Counted from the stretch's first letter, positions 33,779-47,234 are shown. The stretch: 64,000 nucleotides of DNA from Callorhinchus milii (GCF_018977255.1 NW_024704766.1:3658001-3722000); one strand, 5' to 3'. The notes: generated by a model not told the origin, from the letters alone. Numbers and translations: made by a program.

Positions 33779-34084
33779 GTGGAGCCCTGTAGCTCAGTGG
33801 TTAGAGCACTCGCCTTGCAAGCGAGACACCAGGGTTCAATTCCAGGCAGGGCGAAACCTTGGGCAAGTTTCCTTACTCCACACGCCTGATAATAATCCCT
33901 CCAAAACAAAACAATAATAAGTTGGTCATTTTCAATCCACGACTGTTTGTGGGACGCTGCTGTGCGCGATTGGCTGCCGCGTTCGCCCACAAATATACAG
34001 TCAATTCATTTTACAGCCTATTCTGTGAAGCGCTTTGAGACGTCGAGAAGACGTGAAAAGCGCTATATCAAAATGCGAGGATTT
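33779..34084 (+). mobile_element. Full-length tRNA-Deu-L2 SINE, short-linker type
   Basis: Head, short linker (GCCTGATAATAATCCCTCCAAAAC), core and tail. Confidence 0.95.
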
Positions 34085-34572
34085 ATGAAAGCTGATTCTG
34101 CAGGTACAGACCGGTTGGAGGTTGGGTCGGATGTTGGTTTGTCCTGGAACATTATGGAAACTTCCAAATCTCTCTCCGTGCCATATCAATATCAATCCAT
34201 GTACGTTTAGCTTCCTTCCCGTTGGCGTGAAACAGATTGCTTTCAACTCCTGAACTTTGAAACCAACTCGTCTATCTCTTCAGGAAACTTTGTTCAAACA
34301 GTGACATCTTTATTTCACTTGAACGTATTGAGAGCTTTGTAAATCTTGCTCATAAGGTTTCAGATTTTGTCGAAGCTTAAACGCCTCTTGACATTGACTC
34401 CTTTTGCTTTGTTTTACACCGTTTGCATGTTTGCACAAGCTCTGCTAAACCATCAGTATTTTTGCCCACCATTGTTCTCGAGAAAGCTTTGGCAGTAGAT
34501 ATTGGCAAGTTATTCAACCGTACATACATTTGCTCTTCAGCCAATGAGCCCAATTTTGCGAAGGAGAGATTA

Positions 34573-34826
34573 TTAATAATAAAAATAATATCCTTGCATT
34601 TGATATAGCGTCTTATCACATCGTTGAGACATCTCAAAGTGCTTTACAGAATAAAATGTGAAATGAATTGACTGAATATTTAACATAGCAACCAATTGTG
34701 CACAGCAGTGTTCCACAAAGAGTCGAGAATTCAGTGACCAAATTATTATTTATTCATTTTGAATGGATTATTAACCCTGAAAAGCAATCTGCCAATCGAC
34801 TAACAATCGGGATCCTATTTACTGCT
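34573..34826 (-). mobile_element. tRNA-Deu-L2 SINE, 5'-truncated
   Basis: Reverse-complemented tail, core and linker. Confidence 0.85.
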
Positions 34827-35573
34827 CGCCTGGCTATTTCCCCCCCAGGCTGAGATTTTAACCAATAGATTTCTGGTCCATATAGCCTAGATAAGAATCT
34901 TCAACCGCTGGATTGCCGCTGGGTGTCATCTCGTGTTTGAGGAGGTGGTGATACTTACCGCAGTTTAAACAATAAAGTTATATTTTTATTTCGAGATGCA
35001 TTGAATACTCTGTGCAGCTGGCTTCGTTTTCAGTTAGAGTAAATCACTACACAGTTCTCTCGTTCCTTCCTCCAGTCTGCTAGATCGTGCGTGAGTGCAG
35101 GGATCCAGGGTAGTGGGGGTTGGACGAACACGCAGAGGGAGAAAGTATATTTACCCACTTGTTTACCTGGGGAGTGAGCAACTTATTATCGGTTACTTAA
35201 TCTGACAGGGTCCTGCAGAGCATAACAAAAGTAAAGTCGTGGTCTGTAAAAAGAACTTTGTCACAGAGTTAAACTCTTGTTTACGGAACACTCTGCTCCA
35301 CATCATGAAATAACAATCCCTATAAAATAAAATCTTCTTATTCCGTTCCATTGTAATGGAAAACCAGACAAGGGATTAGTTTTTAAATCAACAGAAAAAG
35401 GTACCAACCGAGTGGAGAAACTAAACTCGGAGCAAAACGTCCGCAAAGGCACCAGGGCAAAGAGGAGGGAATACAAGAACACTAACAATAACGAATTGCA
35501 TTTGTAGAGCGCCTTTTCGTGTCGCGAGGGGGGCCCCAGATGCTGAAATAAGTTCCGTAGGCTAATGGCAAGA

Positions 35574-35950
35574 TTTTTTGTTGGTCAGCTGGGAGTCTGA
35601 CGAATGCAGGAACCCATCGCCATTGCTTAAGTAGTATCCAAACCAGACTGAGAGTTCCAAATACACATGAAAATATCCATGTGTTTGGAATGGAATGCGC
35701 ACTCCTTCCCTGGAGTCTTGCACCTGGTTTACCTGATTCTTGAGAATATTAGGCGCAAGTTGGTGAAGCCCAAGCTTGGGGGACCCCAGAGAGTGAGTTG
35801 GGGGTACTGCTGGAGTTCAAATCAACAGAAAAAGGTACAGCTAAAACAGCTAAAACGCGTAGCTTGCCATCGAGAGCAATGTCTGGCAAGCTTCTCACTG
35901 CTTGTCTGGCTAGGACAACCCTACCAATTAGGGTGTTGGCTTGCAGGGCT
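35574..35950 (-). mobile_element. Unclassified A-tailed repeat (family X), about 375 bp
   Basis: Collinear with 55790-56150 (TGGTCAG...TCTGAC...AACCCATC...GTATCCAAACCA...GCTTGGGGACCCCAGAG...CTGCTGGAGT...TGTCTGGCAAG...ATTAGGG). Confidence 0.75.
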
Positions 35951-36581
35951 ATGTCAAAGTAGACAGAAGTGTTTCTGTTACGAAGAGGATAATCAACAGC
36001 TGAAATGGGCATTTGGGAAGGGTGGGCAAGGACACGGAATTAGTTTTATTAAAAAAAAGCAGCTTGATGCAATGAGGAAATGGTAGGCTTCGTATTGAAG
36101 TCACAAAGTAGCCCATTGTGTTCTGCAGCTGTGAAATACTTTTTGGAAATCTAGGTACACTTTGCCATATGTCGCTTCCTCAAAACATCTAAGAGGTTGG
36201 TGAGATAAGATCTAGCCCTTTCCGAACCCAAATTGGCTGTCATTTAAATGGTCAGGCGGGCAAAATGAACTGCTTGATGTGAGGTATGTTGATACGAGGG
36301 AATGTTGGGTGAGAAAACCAATAATGTTCTCAACGACAACAAATCACATTTGCACAGCGTCTTTCACGTCAGGAGGACGTCTCAAGGCACTCTAAGGATC
36401 AGGACTTTGGCCATCCTATCAAGAGGAATGAGAATTGTTCAGGCCAGGCCTCCATAGCATTACTTAGCCATGCAATCACTCTCACTCGCACCCAGGCACC
36501 TACCCTCACACACCACCGCTGTTGAGACCAACTAAATCATCTCAACTGTCCTCCAGGTAAGATCAGCAAAATCAGCAATGG

Positions 36582-36820
36582 CAACAACAACAAAAATCTC
36601 ATACTTGTATAGGGCTCTTCACATCAGAAAGACGTCCCAGGGCGCTGGACAGTCAAGGGTTTTTGGACCCAAGCTGGGAGGAGGTGTGGAGACCAGGGGA
36701 GGTGGGGTTAAGAGGGTGTTCTAAGGCACGGTCGAAGAGGAAGGTCTTTAGACGGGATTTGAAGGAGGCAAGAGAGGGGGTGAGGCGGAGGGATTGCGGG
36801 ATTGAATTCCAGAGTGTCAA
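36582..36820 (-). mobile_element. L2 3' end fragment
   Basis: The minus-strand ORF reads LWNSIPQSLRLTPSLASFKSRLKTFLFDRA (L2 ORF2 C-terminus), followed by the tail. Confidence 0.9.
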
Positions 36821-38314
36821 GCCTATGATCGCCTGGTAAGGACAGATTGGTGACCGACTAGGGTTTGATCCATGGAAACATTGAGGAGAAAATTGGACCT
36901 GGTAATGGGCAAAGAATATGAAAGTTATTTCCAATATTTTTTAGATATTGGGTCAATGTTAGAACCTACCATAAAGCGTTGGTCCATAAGTTTCAAACCA
37001 ACATTATAACTGGCCTACAAGGTCCATTAGTCATTTTCTCACTTGAATTCCCTTGGCCCCCAACGCTCCCCATTCCAACCCCCAGCTTAGGTGCATACCA
37101 TCATCTGCCCAGCAACTTGGGACATCCTCACGATGTGAAAGGCGCCATTTAAATGGAATTTGTTGTTGTCTGTTGTCGTTGGCCACTCATCCTAGCTGGA
37201 GAGCCAGGATTTGAAGATAGAACAAGCTGCACTTGTGATATAGAAGACTATTCATTTCTCTCAAATCACAGGCAGTGCCAGAGTTCAAAAGTATATGAAA
37301 AACAATGACAAAAATGATTTGCAATTATTGAGTAGGATAACATCTTGAAGCGCTTTAGAACAACTTATTGTAACTTCTCATTATAGTTTTGGCTTCATAT
37401 CATTCTTTGAACATTAACAAGAAGAATGGCATCTGTAAAGGATACATGAACCTAGTTATTGACAAGGATCTGGTCAGTTCAAGGCTTGGGACCTGCACTG
37501 AATGCCAAATTGCTATGTTTCCCAGCTTGACGATGCTGAAACATAATTGACTCAGTGACTGGTGGAGAAGCAGAGTTTCTGACTCTGAGCAGTGAGATTG
37601 CATACATATCGGATACGTAATGGGATTTCGTGGTTTACTGAATAATAGACATCATGCGCATAACTCGAGCTTGTGAGCTGGGCAGACTCAATTCCCCGCT
37701 GGTTTATGTTTTCAAAAAACCACTGAGTCCCATTGTGTGCCTTATTTATACCATCTGCTGCAACGCGAAAAAAAAAGGCCCATTTTGAGGATTAAAGACT
37801 GTTGATTTTCAGCACAATTTGAATGGCGCACTTACGCTGGCATCAAGTGAATTGTTCGCGACCGGACTGGATGTCAGGGTTCAGTCCATGTACTGGTAAG
37901 AGATAGATTGGGAGGAAGGAAACAGGGAGTGGCTAGGTGGCTGTGATAAGGGGTAAGGGGATACATCGGTGGGGGGGGGTGCGGGTTGCAGTTTGGGGAG
38001 AGGGCAAGAACAGCATGAGAACTGCTCCAGTGCCTGGAGAAAAATAAAAGGACTCCAAATAAGCTGCTGTTCTCCAGGCCAGACATATGGTATAAATCAT
38101 CCGTACAAATGATGCACGCCTCCTGTACAAATGACATAGTGCTCTCACATGGCAAGTTTTTGTGCTCTCTGCTGTTTCTCCTGCACTACCACCTGAGGTG
38201 ATATGCAATGGGACCCGAGTTCATGAGACACTATATGATCCAATACATTCATACAGTGCCTTTCACGTCAACAGGGCGTGTATGTATGACATATATGGTA
38301 TGCACTTCGCCCCC

Positions 38315-38500
38315 GAAGCCCTGGAACTATCTCCCTCAATCTCTCAACCTTGCCCCCTCCCTCCCCACTTTCAAATCCCCCCTGAAGACCTTCCTTTTTG
38401 ATCGTGCTTACAGTCACCGACTGCCCCCATTCCCTCCCCCTCTCCGCCTGACTCAGGGTCAGACTCCGCCACTGTCAAGCGGCACGCTCAAGCACTTCAA
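38315..38500 (+). mobile_element. L2 3' fragment
   Basis: The ORF reads PWNYLPQSLNLAPSLPTFKSPLKTFLFDRAY. Confidence 0.9.
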
Positions 38501-40837
38501 AGAATTGACTTCAGATCAGCTTCAACAAACAAACAAGAGGTTCACGTTTTGCTAAGTTTATTCAGCGGAACATTTTGTCTTACCACAAGCACCGCTTCGA
38601 GCATTTGATGAGATTGTGAAATTCATTACCGAAAACTGTGGTTGAAGCAGGAAGCAGGACACTTGTTGCATAAATGAGAGCAAAGGGAATAGTGGAGTAT
38701 AGGAGAGGGGTAGAAGTGTTGTAGGCTCTTACGGAGTATACATACCGCCAAGGACTAGTAGGGCTGTTTCTGTTCTATGTAACTGTACAATATATCTAAG
38801 CAGCAAAAAGAGAGATTAGAAGATGTTGATCAAATGCATTGGTCAAAGAGAAATGTTTTTTAGGAGAGTTTTACATACAGGGAGAGAGGAAGAGTGAGAG
38901 AGAGATTTTGAAGTGGTTCGGAGACCAGGGTTGGGACAGATGGATTAGCTACTGACCAGATTCAGAAGAGCTGAAGCTACAGACAGCAGAACGGAGCAGG
39001 AATGAACTACATAAATAAGACAGGGTCAGATTGTGGAGCGATTGGTTCAGTTTCTTCACTGTATCCACTGATCATCCTTGCTTTCTTGACTCTCTTTAGA
39101 AACGTTAGCCAAGAAACTGGTCCAAATCCCTAACTGTCCAGCGCCTTGGGACATCCTCCCGACATGAAAATCGCTATACAAACATAATGTTGTATTGATG
39201 ATATAAGATTTATATTTAGCTGAACTGTTGGGCAATTCGGTGTATCAAATGTTACTAAACAAACAGTCTTTGGTGTATCTAAACATTTTTCAGAATCAGT
39301 GATTAAAATGCATAAGTGGAAAGGATTAGTCTGGTTTTACAATGTGTGGGACTGAACAATAATAAAGCCTTGCGAAAAAGACAAGAAACTGCACAAGTTT
39401 AAAAGGCAATTAATAAGTTCTTACTGCAGGGTAAGTGCGAGATAAAGCGGAATCAGCTGCTTTTTATAATGCATCAAATAGAAGGCATTATGAATTGTCC
39501 CTTCATTTGTTCTCAATTGATTGCTTGGCTCTCCATCATTGATAATAATAATTGTTAGTGCCTCTGACGCCAGAATGGTGCCCGAAAGTGCATCACAGGA
39601 CCTTGAAATGTAAGATTGTACTGAATTTTGGAAAAGCTTCTAATAAATTAAGTCTTAACTCGGAAGCAGGTTCTTGAAAAACAGCTTCCAGCGTAAGCAC
39701 AAGTTTGAGACTTTCCACCAAATTCTGCCCGATCCCAAACTTTAAGACAACTATTTGAAGGCTAAGACCATGAGAAACATTGGGCTTCCGCACACTATCC
39801 TGTCAACTTTTGTAAACTTACCGCTGTTCACTATTCACCTCAAAGTCTGCTGACTTTCCTGCCCTCCTCAATTCAATTTCACTGTCTCTGAAATCCAAAC
39901 ATTTGTCTTTCCATTTCCTCATTGTTGACCTGACAACTCTCTCAAAAGCGATCTGTGCTTTGCTGTTACTCTCCTGAACTCCAGAGATACACGTGCAATA
40001 TTGAGGATTGAATCCGCACACAATCTCGTTACGAAAAGGGAAGAGTTTCATTCTCATAGACCCTTGTAATCCGCTCAGATTCCATTCCAATTTTTTACAG
40101 TATCACTTTCCTGAAAGCAGCTGTGGAATGAGACATTGTGCAGTAATCTTTCCTATCCTACGCGCACACTCATTGCCAAGGCTGAGGTGCAAATGAGAAT
40201 GCAAGTGAGCTGCCTAAACATTGAGGAAGGGAGGATTGCTGGAAAGAAATCAGGACATTCTTGTTCTGAAATGTAACGGTTCATGTCCTGATCCCAGAAT
40301 TAATGAACGAAAAATGGGCCGTGGCTGAGCTGCTTACGTTGACTTTTAATTCGTCTCTGACCACAGATTCTAACCAAATATAAATACAAATATAATACGT
40401 GAGACCAATCCAAACATTGGCTCATTCTGTGCATGCGTATTCACATCACTAAGGTCATCAAGGTCAAACAGCCCAACTAAACATGAAGATTCAGACACAG
40501 CTATCATGTCTTATGATAGCAGAAGGACACACTCCAGACACAATGTATGTTCTTTGCCATAAACTGCCTGCAATAAGCCAAACTGTGGTGTGTGTAAGTC
40601 ATAGATGAGGAGGATTCGCCCTTTATCTGTGCAAATGAATGCTTTGTTCCCAGTGCAGAGTGTACCAATATATCAGAATGTGATGACGCTAATGAAAAAG
40701 AGGAGCATTCGCCCCAGTGTCCTTGCCTGTCCTCCAGATAAATTGGTCATTCACCTCATGTCTTCTGCATCCCAACCTCTCCTGTCTCTTTCCCTGGGAC
40801 CCACATGTACACTGCCCAACGAGGGTCACTTCCTTCA

Positions 40838-41150
40838 GAGTCCTGTAATGTATTGGTTAGTTGCCTCGAAAGGTAATAATTCCTTTAAAAATATATATAA
40901 ATATATATATATTAGTAATAATTTGGTCACTCAATCCACAACAATAATAATCCCTCCAAAAAACAAAACAATAATTGGTCATTTTCAATCTACAACTGTT
41001 TGTGGGACATTGCTGTGCGCAATTGGCTGCCGCGTTCGCCCACAAATATACAGTCAATTCACTTTACAGTATATTCTGTGCAGCACTTTGAAAAGTCTCG
41101 ACGACGTGATAAGGCGCGACATCAAATGCAAGAATTATTATTATATATTA
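40838..41150 (+). mobile_element. Chimeric tRNA-Deu-L2 SINE
   Basis: Deleted old-type head and linker, followed by a second, short-linker-type linker, core and tail. Confidence 0.8.
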
Positions 41151-41658
41151 TTGATCAATCTTTCCCTTCCAGTGCTCAGGTCACACTGCAGTATCCTCAT
41201 AGTTTATTAGCCAATTCAGCAAAGATGAGGGATTGAACCTAGGACTTTCCATGTCTCTTTGGCTTCATTTCAGTTGCATAAACTTGCTGAATGTTACACA
41301 TCTTAAAATAGAACAATATCTTTTTGTATCTCCTCCGAAATTATACTCTGCGCCCACTATCTTTTCAAACGCATTAAATTCAACGATGGTGGGTGGAAAT
41401 AGAGGGCTTAATTGACGGAGCCAAAGCAAAAACAGTGGCTTGGAAACAATAGTCTTTCTTACGAAGGCACAGAGCTCAAATCGTGTCGTTGGCAACAGAA
41501 ATTAAAGGTCATTTCGCGCAGATGAATTTAAACAAGGTCATGATTTGTTGTGCAATGTTACTCCATTGCATGGTAATGATGCATTTTTGCAAGAAAAAAA
41601 ACTTGCAAATTCATAAGACTTAGAGAAAAAGTGTCACTATGACTCTCAGGAGCTTATA

Positions 41659-41990
41659 TAATCCTTACATTTGATAAAGCGCCTTATCGTGTCTTTGAGA
41701 CGCCTCAAAGAGGCTCACAGAATATCCTGCAAAGTGTGTATTTTGTGGGTGAAATGCAACAAAAATTGCGCACAGCAATGTCCCACAAACAGTCGTGGGT
41801 TGAGTGACCAATTCATTATTATTATTTTTGAAGGAATTATTACCCCGGAAAGCGATCCGTTAATCGACTAACCTACTTACAGCTAGGTAAACAGAGGCAT
41901 ATGGGGCAAGGAAACTTGCGTAACGTTTCGCCCTGCCGGGAATCAAACTCGCCTGTGAGGCGAGTGCTCTAACCACTGAGCTAAGGACTT
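41659..41990 (-). mobile_element. tRNA-Deu-L2 SINE, long-linker type
   Basis: Reverse-complemented head, linker, core and tail. Confidence 0.9.
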
Positions 41991-42685
41991 TGCAACCATT
42001 TGTCCTCTGGTTTTCCAGCCTTCCTTGAGCTTGCTTCATCACAATGACACTGCCGAGAGGAGATTTCCCAATCTGTGATGGATTTCCATTCATTTCACTG
42101 TAACCTCTCACTCAGGGCACTGTTTAATCTGAAGCACTGATAGCTATGGAGTCTCTGGACCAAAAATCTTCAACAGCCATTACAGTTTCCAAACGCGATC
42201 TTGCATCTCAAAATACTTTATTGCATGATTACAGGAGTACAGCACCAGATTCTGCTTCCGTCATATTCCAGCTGTTTCCCATTTTTTCTCGCAGTCAGTT
42301 TGTCTCCCTAGAACATACGACTGCGAGCCACATAGCTCAGAACAACAGATAAAAGAATAATTCAGTTAAAGATTCAAAGCCTGAAATCATTTCCCCTTTA
42401 CAGTTTGTATTCACTCTTGTCGACTGGTGACTTATCTTTCACCGACTCTTGAGCCAATTGTCTAGTCTAACATCTGACACACTGTTTCCTCCGCTGCAGT
42501 GCATTTCTCATTTCTGCTCCTCCGCACCCTCACTCTCTCCATCTTAAAAGCTATGTCAATATGGGGTTTGGTGGTCTGATAGGAACCTAAGAACATAGAA
42601 GAAGTTTCTAGGCGAAATCAGACCAGGTCCATCTAGTTTGCCTTCCACCACGCTGGCAGTCATGAGACATATCATATCTCCTAGT

Positions 42686-42796
42686 TTCACCCTCAAAATA
42701 TACAGTCAGTTCACTTTACGGTATATTCTGTGAACCACTTTGAGACGTCTCGAAGACGTAATAAGGCGCTATATCAAATGCAAGGATTACTATTAT
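42686..42796 (+). mobile_element. tRNA-Deu-L2 SINE 3' fragment
   Basis: GAGACGTCTCGAAGACGTAATAAGGCGCTATATCAAATGCAAGGATTA. Confidence 0.9.
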
Positions 42797-44594
42797 CGAT
42801 ATCTTTGCATTTCACGTTCACATTTTCACTGATCCCTTTTCTTGCTTCTTAGAAACCCAAATACCACAAGTTCATCACAAGCCTCTCATCATTTCTAAAC
42901 ATTTCTACCGCTTCCATTGTAAAGAGTTGAAGATGTGAGATCCCAATAGTGGGCCATCCTAACCCAACGCCTACACTATATTATGACTATGTTATAAGCG
43001 AGATAGAACTGCATTTTATTGTTGTATAGAAAGAAGTCCACGCACAGTATGGTTTGTATTGCCAGCAATATTGCTTCCCTTGCGTATTGGACTAATTTTA
43101 GCCAATTTGTAGCCTATTATGTTGAGTCGAAAGGAAGTGCCACAGACAATTTACCACAACAAGTTTAAAGAGTATTGGTTGTTTCATCCATGCCCACCCA
43201 CTTAATTGTTCACTATAATAAGACAAAGAAAGGGAACGGAGAAGTCAATGACGCTGAGTCCTTTTGGACTGTACAGAAAGGAATGAAATTCCTATGTGAA
43301 AAGCAGTCCCTTTCCCTCCCCTGCAGGATATGAGATGGATATTTGCTACTTGTCCCGTGTGGATTCAACATTTGAACCAAATGGTTGTCTGGGCTTGCTT
43401 TACAGCTTCAACAACAACAAATTACATTTTGACAGTGTCTTTCACGTCCTAAGCTTCAGGCACATGGAGAAGGATTCGGAACCTCCGAAACTTTGCTTCC
43501 TTTTAAAACCTTGTCTTATTTGTAAATAACGGGCATCAGGTGAAAATTGGGACCCGTGATATGCTAACTAATGCACTGTGGAAAATTCCACTCTGATAAC
43601 AACTGGGCACCAACTGATCCATGAATGTGATTCCTCCGCCCCAACTGCGTCACTGGGTTTGCACCCAAAGCTGTCAGTTCCACCCATTAGATACTGTGGA
43701 ATTGGCACTCTTGTTAGTGGGATACCAGGAGGAAGAATGACTGAAAGGTTGCCCACCAATAGTGGAATGAATCGCACATGAAGCAGGCCAGTGTTCCCTG
43801 GATCATAAACCTCAATGGGTAAAAAAAAAACTCTTAAAAGAACCAACAGACGTGGCTTATTGCTTTACACCGCATAGCTGTTGGCTGGGCTGCACCCTTG
43901 CTAATAGAACCCAGCACTGAGTTTACTTCATGAAAGTGGAATTGTACGTTTGCAGGCTGACGCGCGCAGACACACACACACAATTCTGCCAACTGGGTTC
44001 CCCAATCTAACCATCTTAATCGCACTTCACAGACCTTTGAATCTGCCCACATCCCTCAATCTGGCAGCCCCACACACACTTCTCACACAAGCATACACGC
44101 TCAGATGCTGAAAATGCATTTAAACCGCAGAGTGGAATCATTTCTAATGTTACCTCGGATTTCAGTGTCAAAGCGTAAGGAAAGTTTGAACAGCAAAGAA
44201 TTAGAAGCGTATTTCTTCAGTGACCCACAACAGATATTCCACTTAAGCTTTGCAACATGTTCTCGAACCAGAGCAAGCCAGAGCAATACTAAATCCTGCC
44301 TTCCCCCTGCACTGCATCCGAGATGCCGTCCGGCGTGAATGGAGCTATATAAATGCAGATTGTTGCTGTAGCCTAGATGGTGATCTCAGAATTGTTCCAG
44401 GCTTATTTGTGCATCACCGGCAACAAGAACAACGTGCATTTATACAACACCCTTCACATAGGTTAGTGTCCTGGAGCGCTTAGGCAATTGTTGACAATTT
44501 CAAATTCCATTCTTATTATTTGGAATCAAACCAATCCCCTAAACCAAATATTACTTGATTCCCGTTGTTAATTTGCACAGAGTATCTTGAGATC

Positions 44595-44943
44595 ACATAG
44601 TCTGGGCTGACACTCCAGTGCAGTGATGGAGGATGGTGGTGGGGTAGGGAAGTGGGGGGCATTGCCTTGTTGGAGGTGCCCCCTTTCGGATTAGATGTTA
44701 ATCTGAGCTCCTGTCTGCCTGTTCAGGCGAGCATTAATGATCCATAGCCAGATTCAAAAAGAGAAGGAAGTTTCTCTCAGTGTCCTGCCTTACAAACTCC
44801 CCCATATAAAATGAATCGTTCACATCATGGCTGTTTGTGGGACGTTAGCTGTGTGCGAATTGGCTTTGCAGTAAATCCTGTGAGTCACTAATGAGATGTC
44901 TTCCTGACATGAAAGCCGCTATATCAAAGGATTATTATTCTTG
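44595..44943 (+). mobile_element. Old DeuSINE
   Basis: GTCTGGGCTGACACTCCAGTGCAG...CCTGTCTGCCTGTTCAGG...GGCTGTTTGTGGGAC, then the tail. Confidence 0.8.
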
Positions 44944-45590
44944 TTAGAAATTGTGTCAGCTTCAACTCTTCAATGAAGAACCAAGACTTGGCCGAAAACT
45001 GGCAGACGCCAAACTTGGGCGCTCGTCTGGACCTCAAGACACATTACTCTGGGAAAAGCAGTGAACTGGAAGCAATGAGCGGTGGTGGTGAATTATTGTC
45101 AGAATGTTCTGAATAATCAACACCCACACCCCACCCCCCCTAACGAGAACCCAGAATAATTCAAAGCATAGTCACTGTGTGGTTTGCGATGCTTTTTGGA
45201 TGTGGTCACATTAGTAACCACAGAGTGTGTTGACCAGATCCTGATGCCCATTAGCTGGTACTACTCGTCTCCGAGACGAGCCCTCAGTGTTTGTGTGCAA
45301 GCCAGAAAAATGCAGGCAGGAGAGGCTCTGTCACTGTACAGAATGCTTTTGTTCTTTTGATAACACAGCTGCCGAATGAAGGGCTCCATTCAACCCTGGC
45401 CCACACATCCCATCCTTCACTCACCAACACTCTTCACAATCAACAACAGGACTTGTTACATACTGTCTGCCCTGCCCCATCCAAACCTTCCCTCATTCAT
45501 CCCCAAAGCTCAAACGGTTACTCTGAATGAGTCATAATCCATGTCTCACCCGTCGTCTCCTCAGCTCGTTTACCTTGACAGTGTTACAAA

Positions 45591-45855
45591 TGGAGTCCTG
45601 TAGCTCAGTGGTTAGAGCACTCGTCTCGCAAGCCAGAGACCTGGGTTCGATTCCCGACAGGGTGAAACCTTGGGCAAGTTTCCTTACTCCACACGCTTGA
45701 TAATAATCACTCCAGAAAAAAAAACAATAATAAATTGGTCACTTCAATCCACAACTGTTTGTGGGACGCTGCTGTGCGCAATTGGCTGCCGTGTTTCACC
45801 CACAAAATATACAGTCTATTCTGTGAAGCGCTATGAGACGTCTCGAAGATGTGAA
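45591..45855 (+). mobile_element. tRNA-Deu-L2 SINE
   Basis: Head, short linker, core and truncated tail. Confidence 0.9.
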
Positions 45856-46964
45856 ATGTTCCCCCTGTGCTGCCTTTCAATATGTTACCTGGAACAATTA
45901 GGTTTTAACTCTATGTCCCGTTTCCGATATTTAAATAATAAATAAATAATCCTTTTGTCTGATACACATATCAAATGAAAGGATTATCATTATTATTATT
46001 ATTTTGCAGCGGCTTTCACGTCGGGAGGATGTCTCAAAGTGTTTCACGGCATTTTACCGTAAAGCGGAGTAACTGTCCTTCCCGCTGATATCTTTTCACT
46101 GTCTACACTGATGATGGACAGGACTGCTGGTGAGTTCCTGAGGCAATTTTCAAGCTCAAAGCAGGAGGTCAGATCTCTGCGATAGAGTATCCGGTCAATG
46201 GTTCCCATTTAACAATGACACACAGAGAAGCTCAGTTTCCCAATGATCCTGTTAGAAGCTTCTGCGCCCACTCAGGTCCTTCTTCTACCCCCCCGCAGTT
46301 CCCTCATAACTCAGGTTTCCACTCAATCTTGTAACCCACGTGAGTGACTGCTCAGCCCGTCAGTCTCTGCTGTGACTTAGCTCCATTGCGGGGAGGTGTA
46401 AACTGACGGCTTTGCTCCACCAATACTCACTCTGTGTTTTGGACCCTACCACAGGTGTGCCTTGAGACGCCACTTTGATCCTTTGTGACACCGATCATCT
46501 GTTGGGAAGCGAATAAAAGGGAGTGAGCTTGCAGCTTCAACTGAAGCAGATGATGTCAGTCAGCACAGTCCATCACTATGGTTGCACTCACTGTTTAGTT
46601 CTCTATTTGTGGCGGTTAGGAATTAACCTCGGAATGTCAGAAGTGAGAAATGCAATAGGGAGTGAGCGTGAGGTAGTTACAATGTGAGTGAGTGTGCGCC
46701 ACACGGCACCCAGCCAGGCAGGTGAGCGAGACGAGCTGCTCTAACAAAGCACTGCTTTAAGTGAACTTTTCCGTTTTAACAGAGCATTCCTAAGCACTTC
46801 CATTAAAAATACACAAACTCGACCACACTGCACCAGAGCTCTCGCTTGAACAATAAATAGCGTGTGATATTCCTTGTTTGATTAAATAAAATGCTGCATC
46901 AGGTACCTGACTTTCATCAAGGATCCTGAACCAAGACAACAATGACAAGAAGGCTCGCAATTGA

Positions 46965-47234
46965 GACAGCACGTCTTCAAGACGTCTCAAAGCGCTTCAC
47001 AGAACATTAAAGTCAATTGACTGTACATTCTGTGTGTGAAACACTGCTGCCAATTTGCGCACGAGCAACGTCCCGCAAACAGCCGGCGACTGATTTATTT
47101 ACTGACTTACTTTTTTGAAGGGTTTATTACTCCCGTGAAAGCGATCCTCCAATCGACTAACAACCGGGTCCCTACTTACTGCTGGGTAAACAGAGGCGTG
47201 CGGAGGAAGGAAACCTGCCCGACGGTTCGCCCTG
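46965..47234 (-). mobile_element. tRNA-Deu-L2 SINE internal fragment
   Basis: Reverse-complemented linker (CTGCTGGGTAAACAGAGGCGTG) and core. Confidence 0.85.

Noticed and set aside
39294-39436. Plus-strand exon or recursive splice site at CTGCAGGGTAAGT
   Set aside because: All frames are closed, and the motif has an extra G relative to a true AG|GT ratchet point.
40605-41210. Longest ORF (201 aa)
   Set aside because: It runs through an (AT)n tract and a chimeric SINE, and has no protein-like domain.
46299-46339. 41-nt exon candidate with a good acceptor and GTGAGT donor
   Set aside because: It is not frame-preserving, the peptide is unrecognised, and such site pairs arise by chance in 64 kb.
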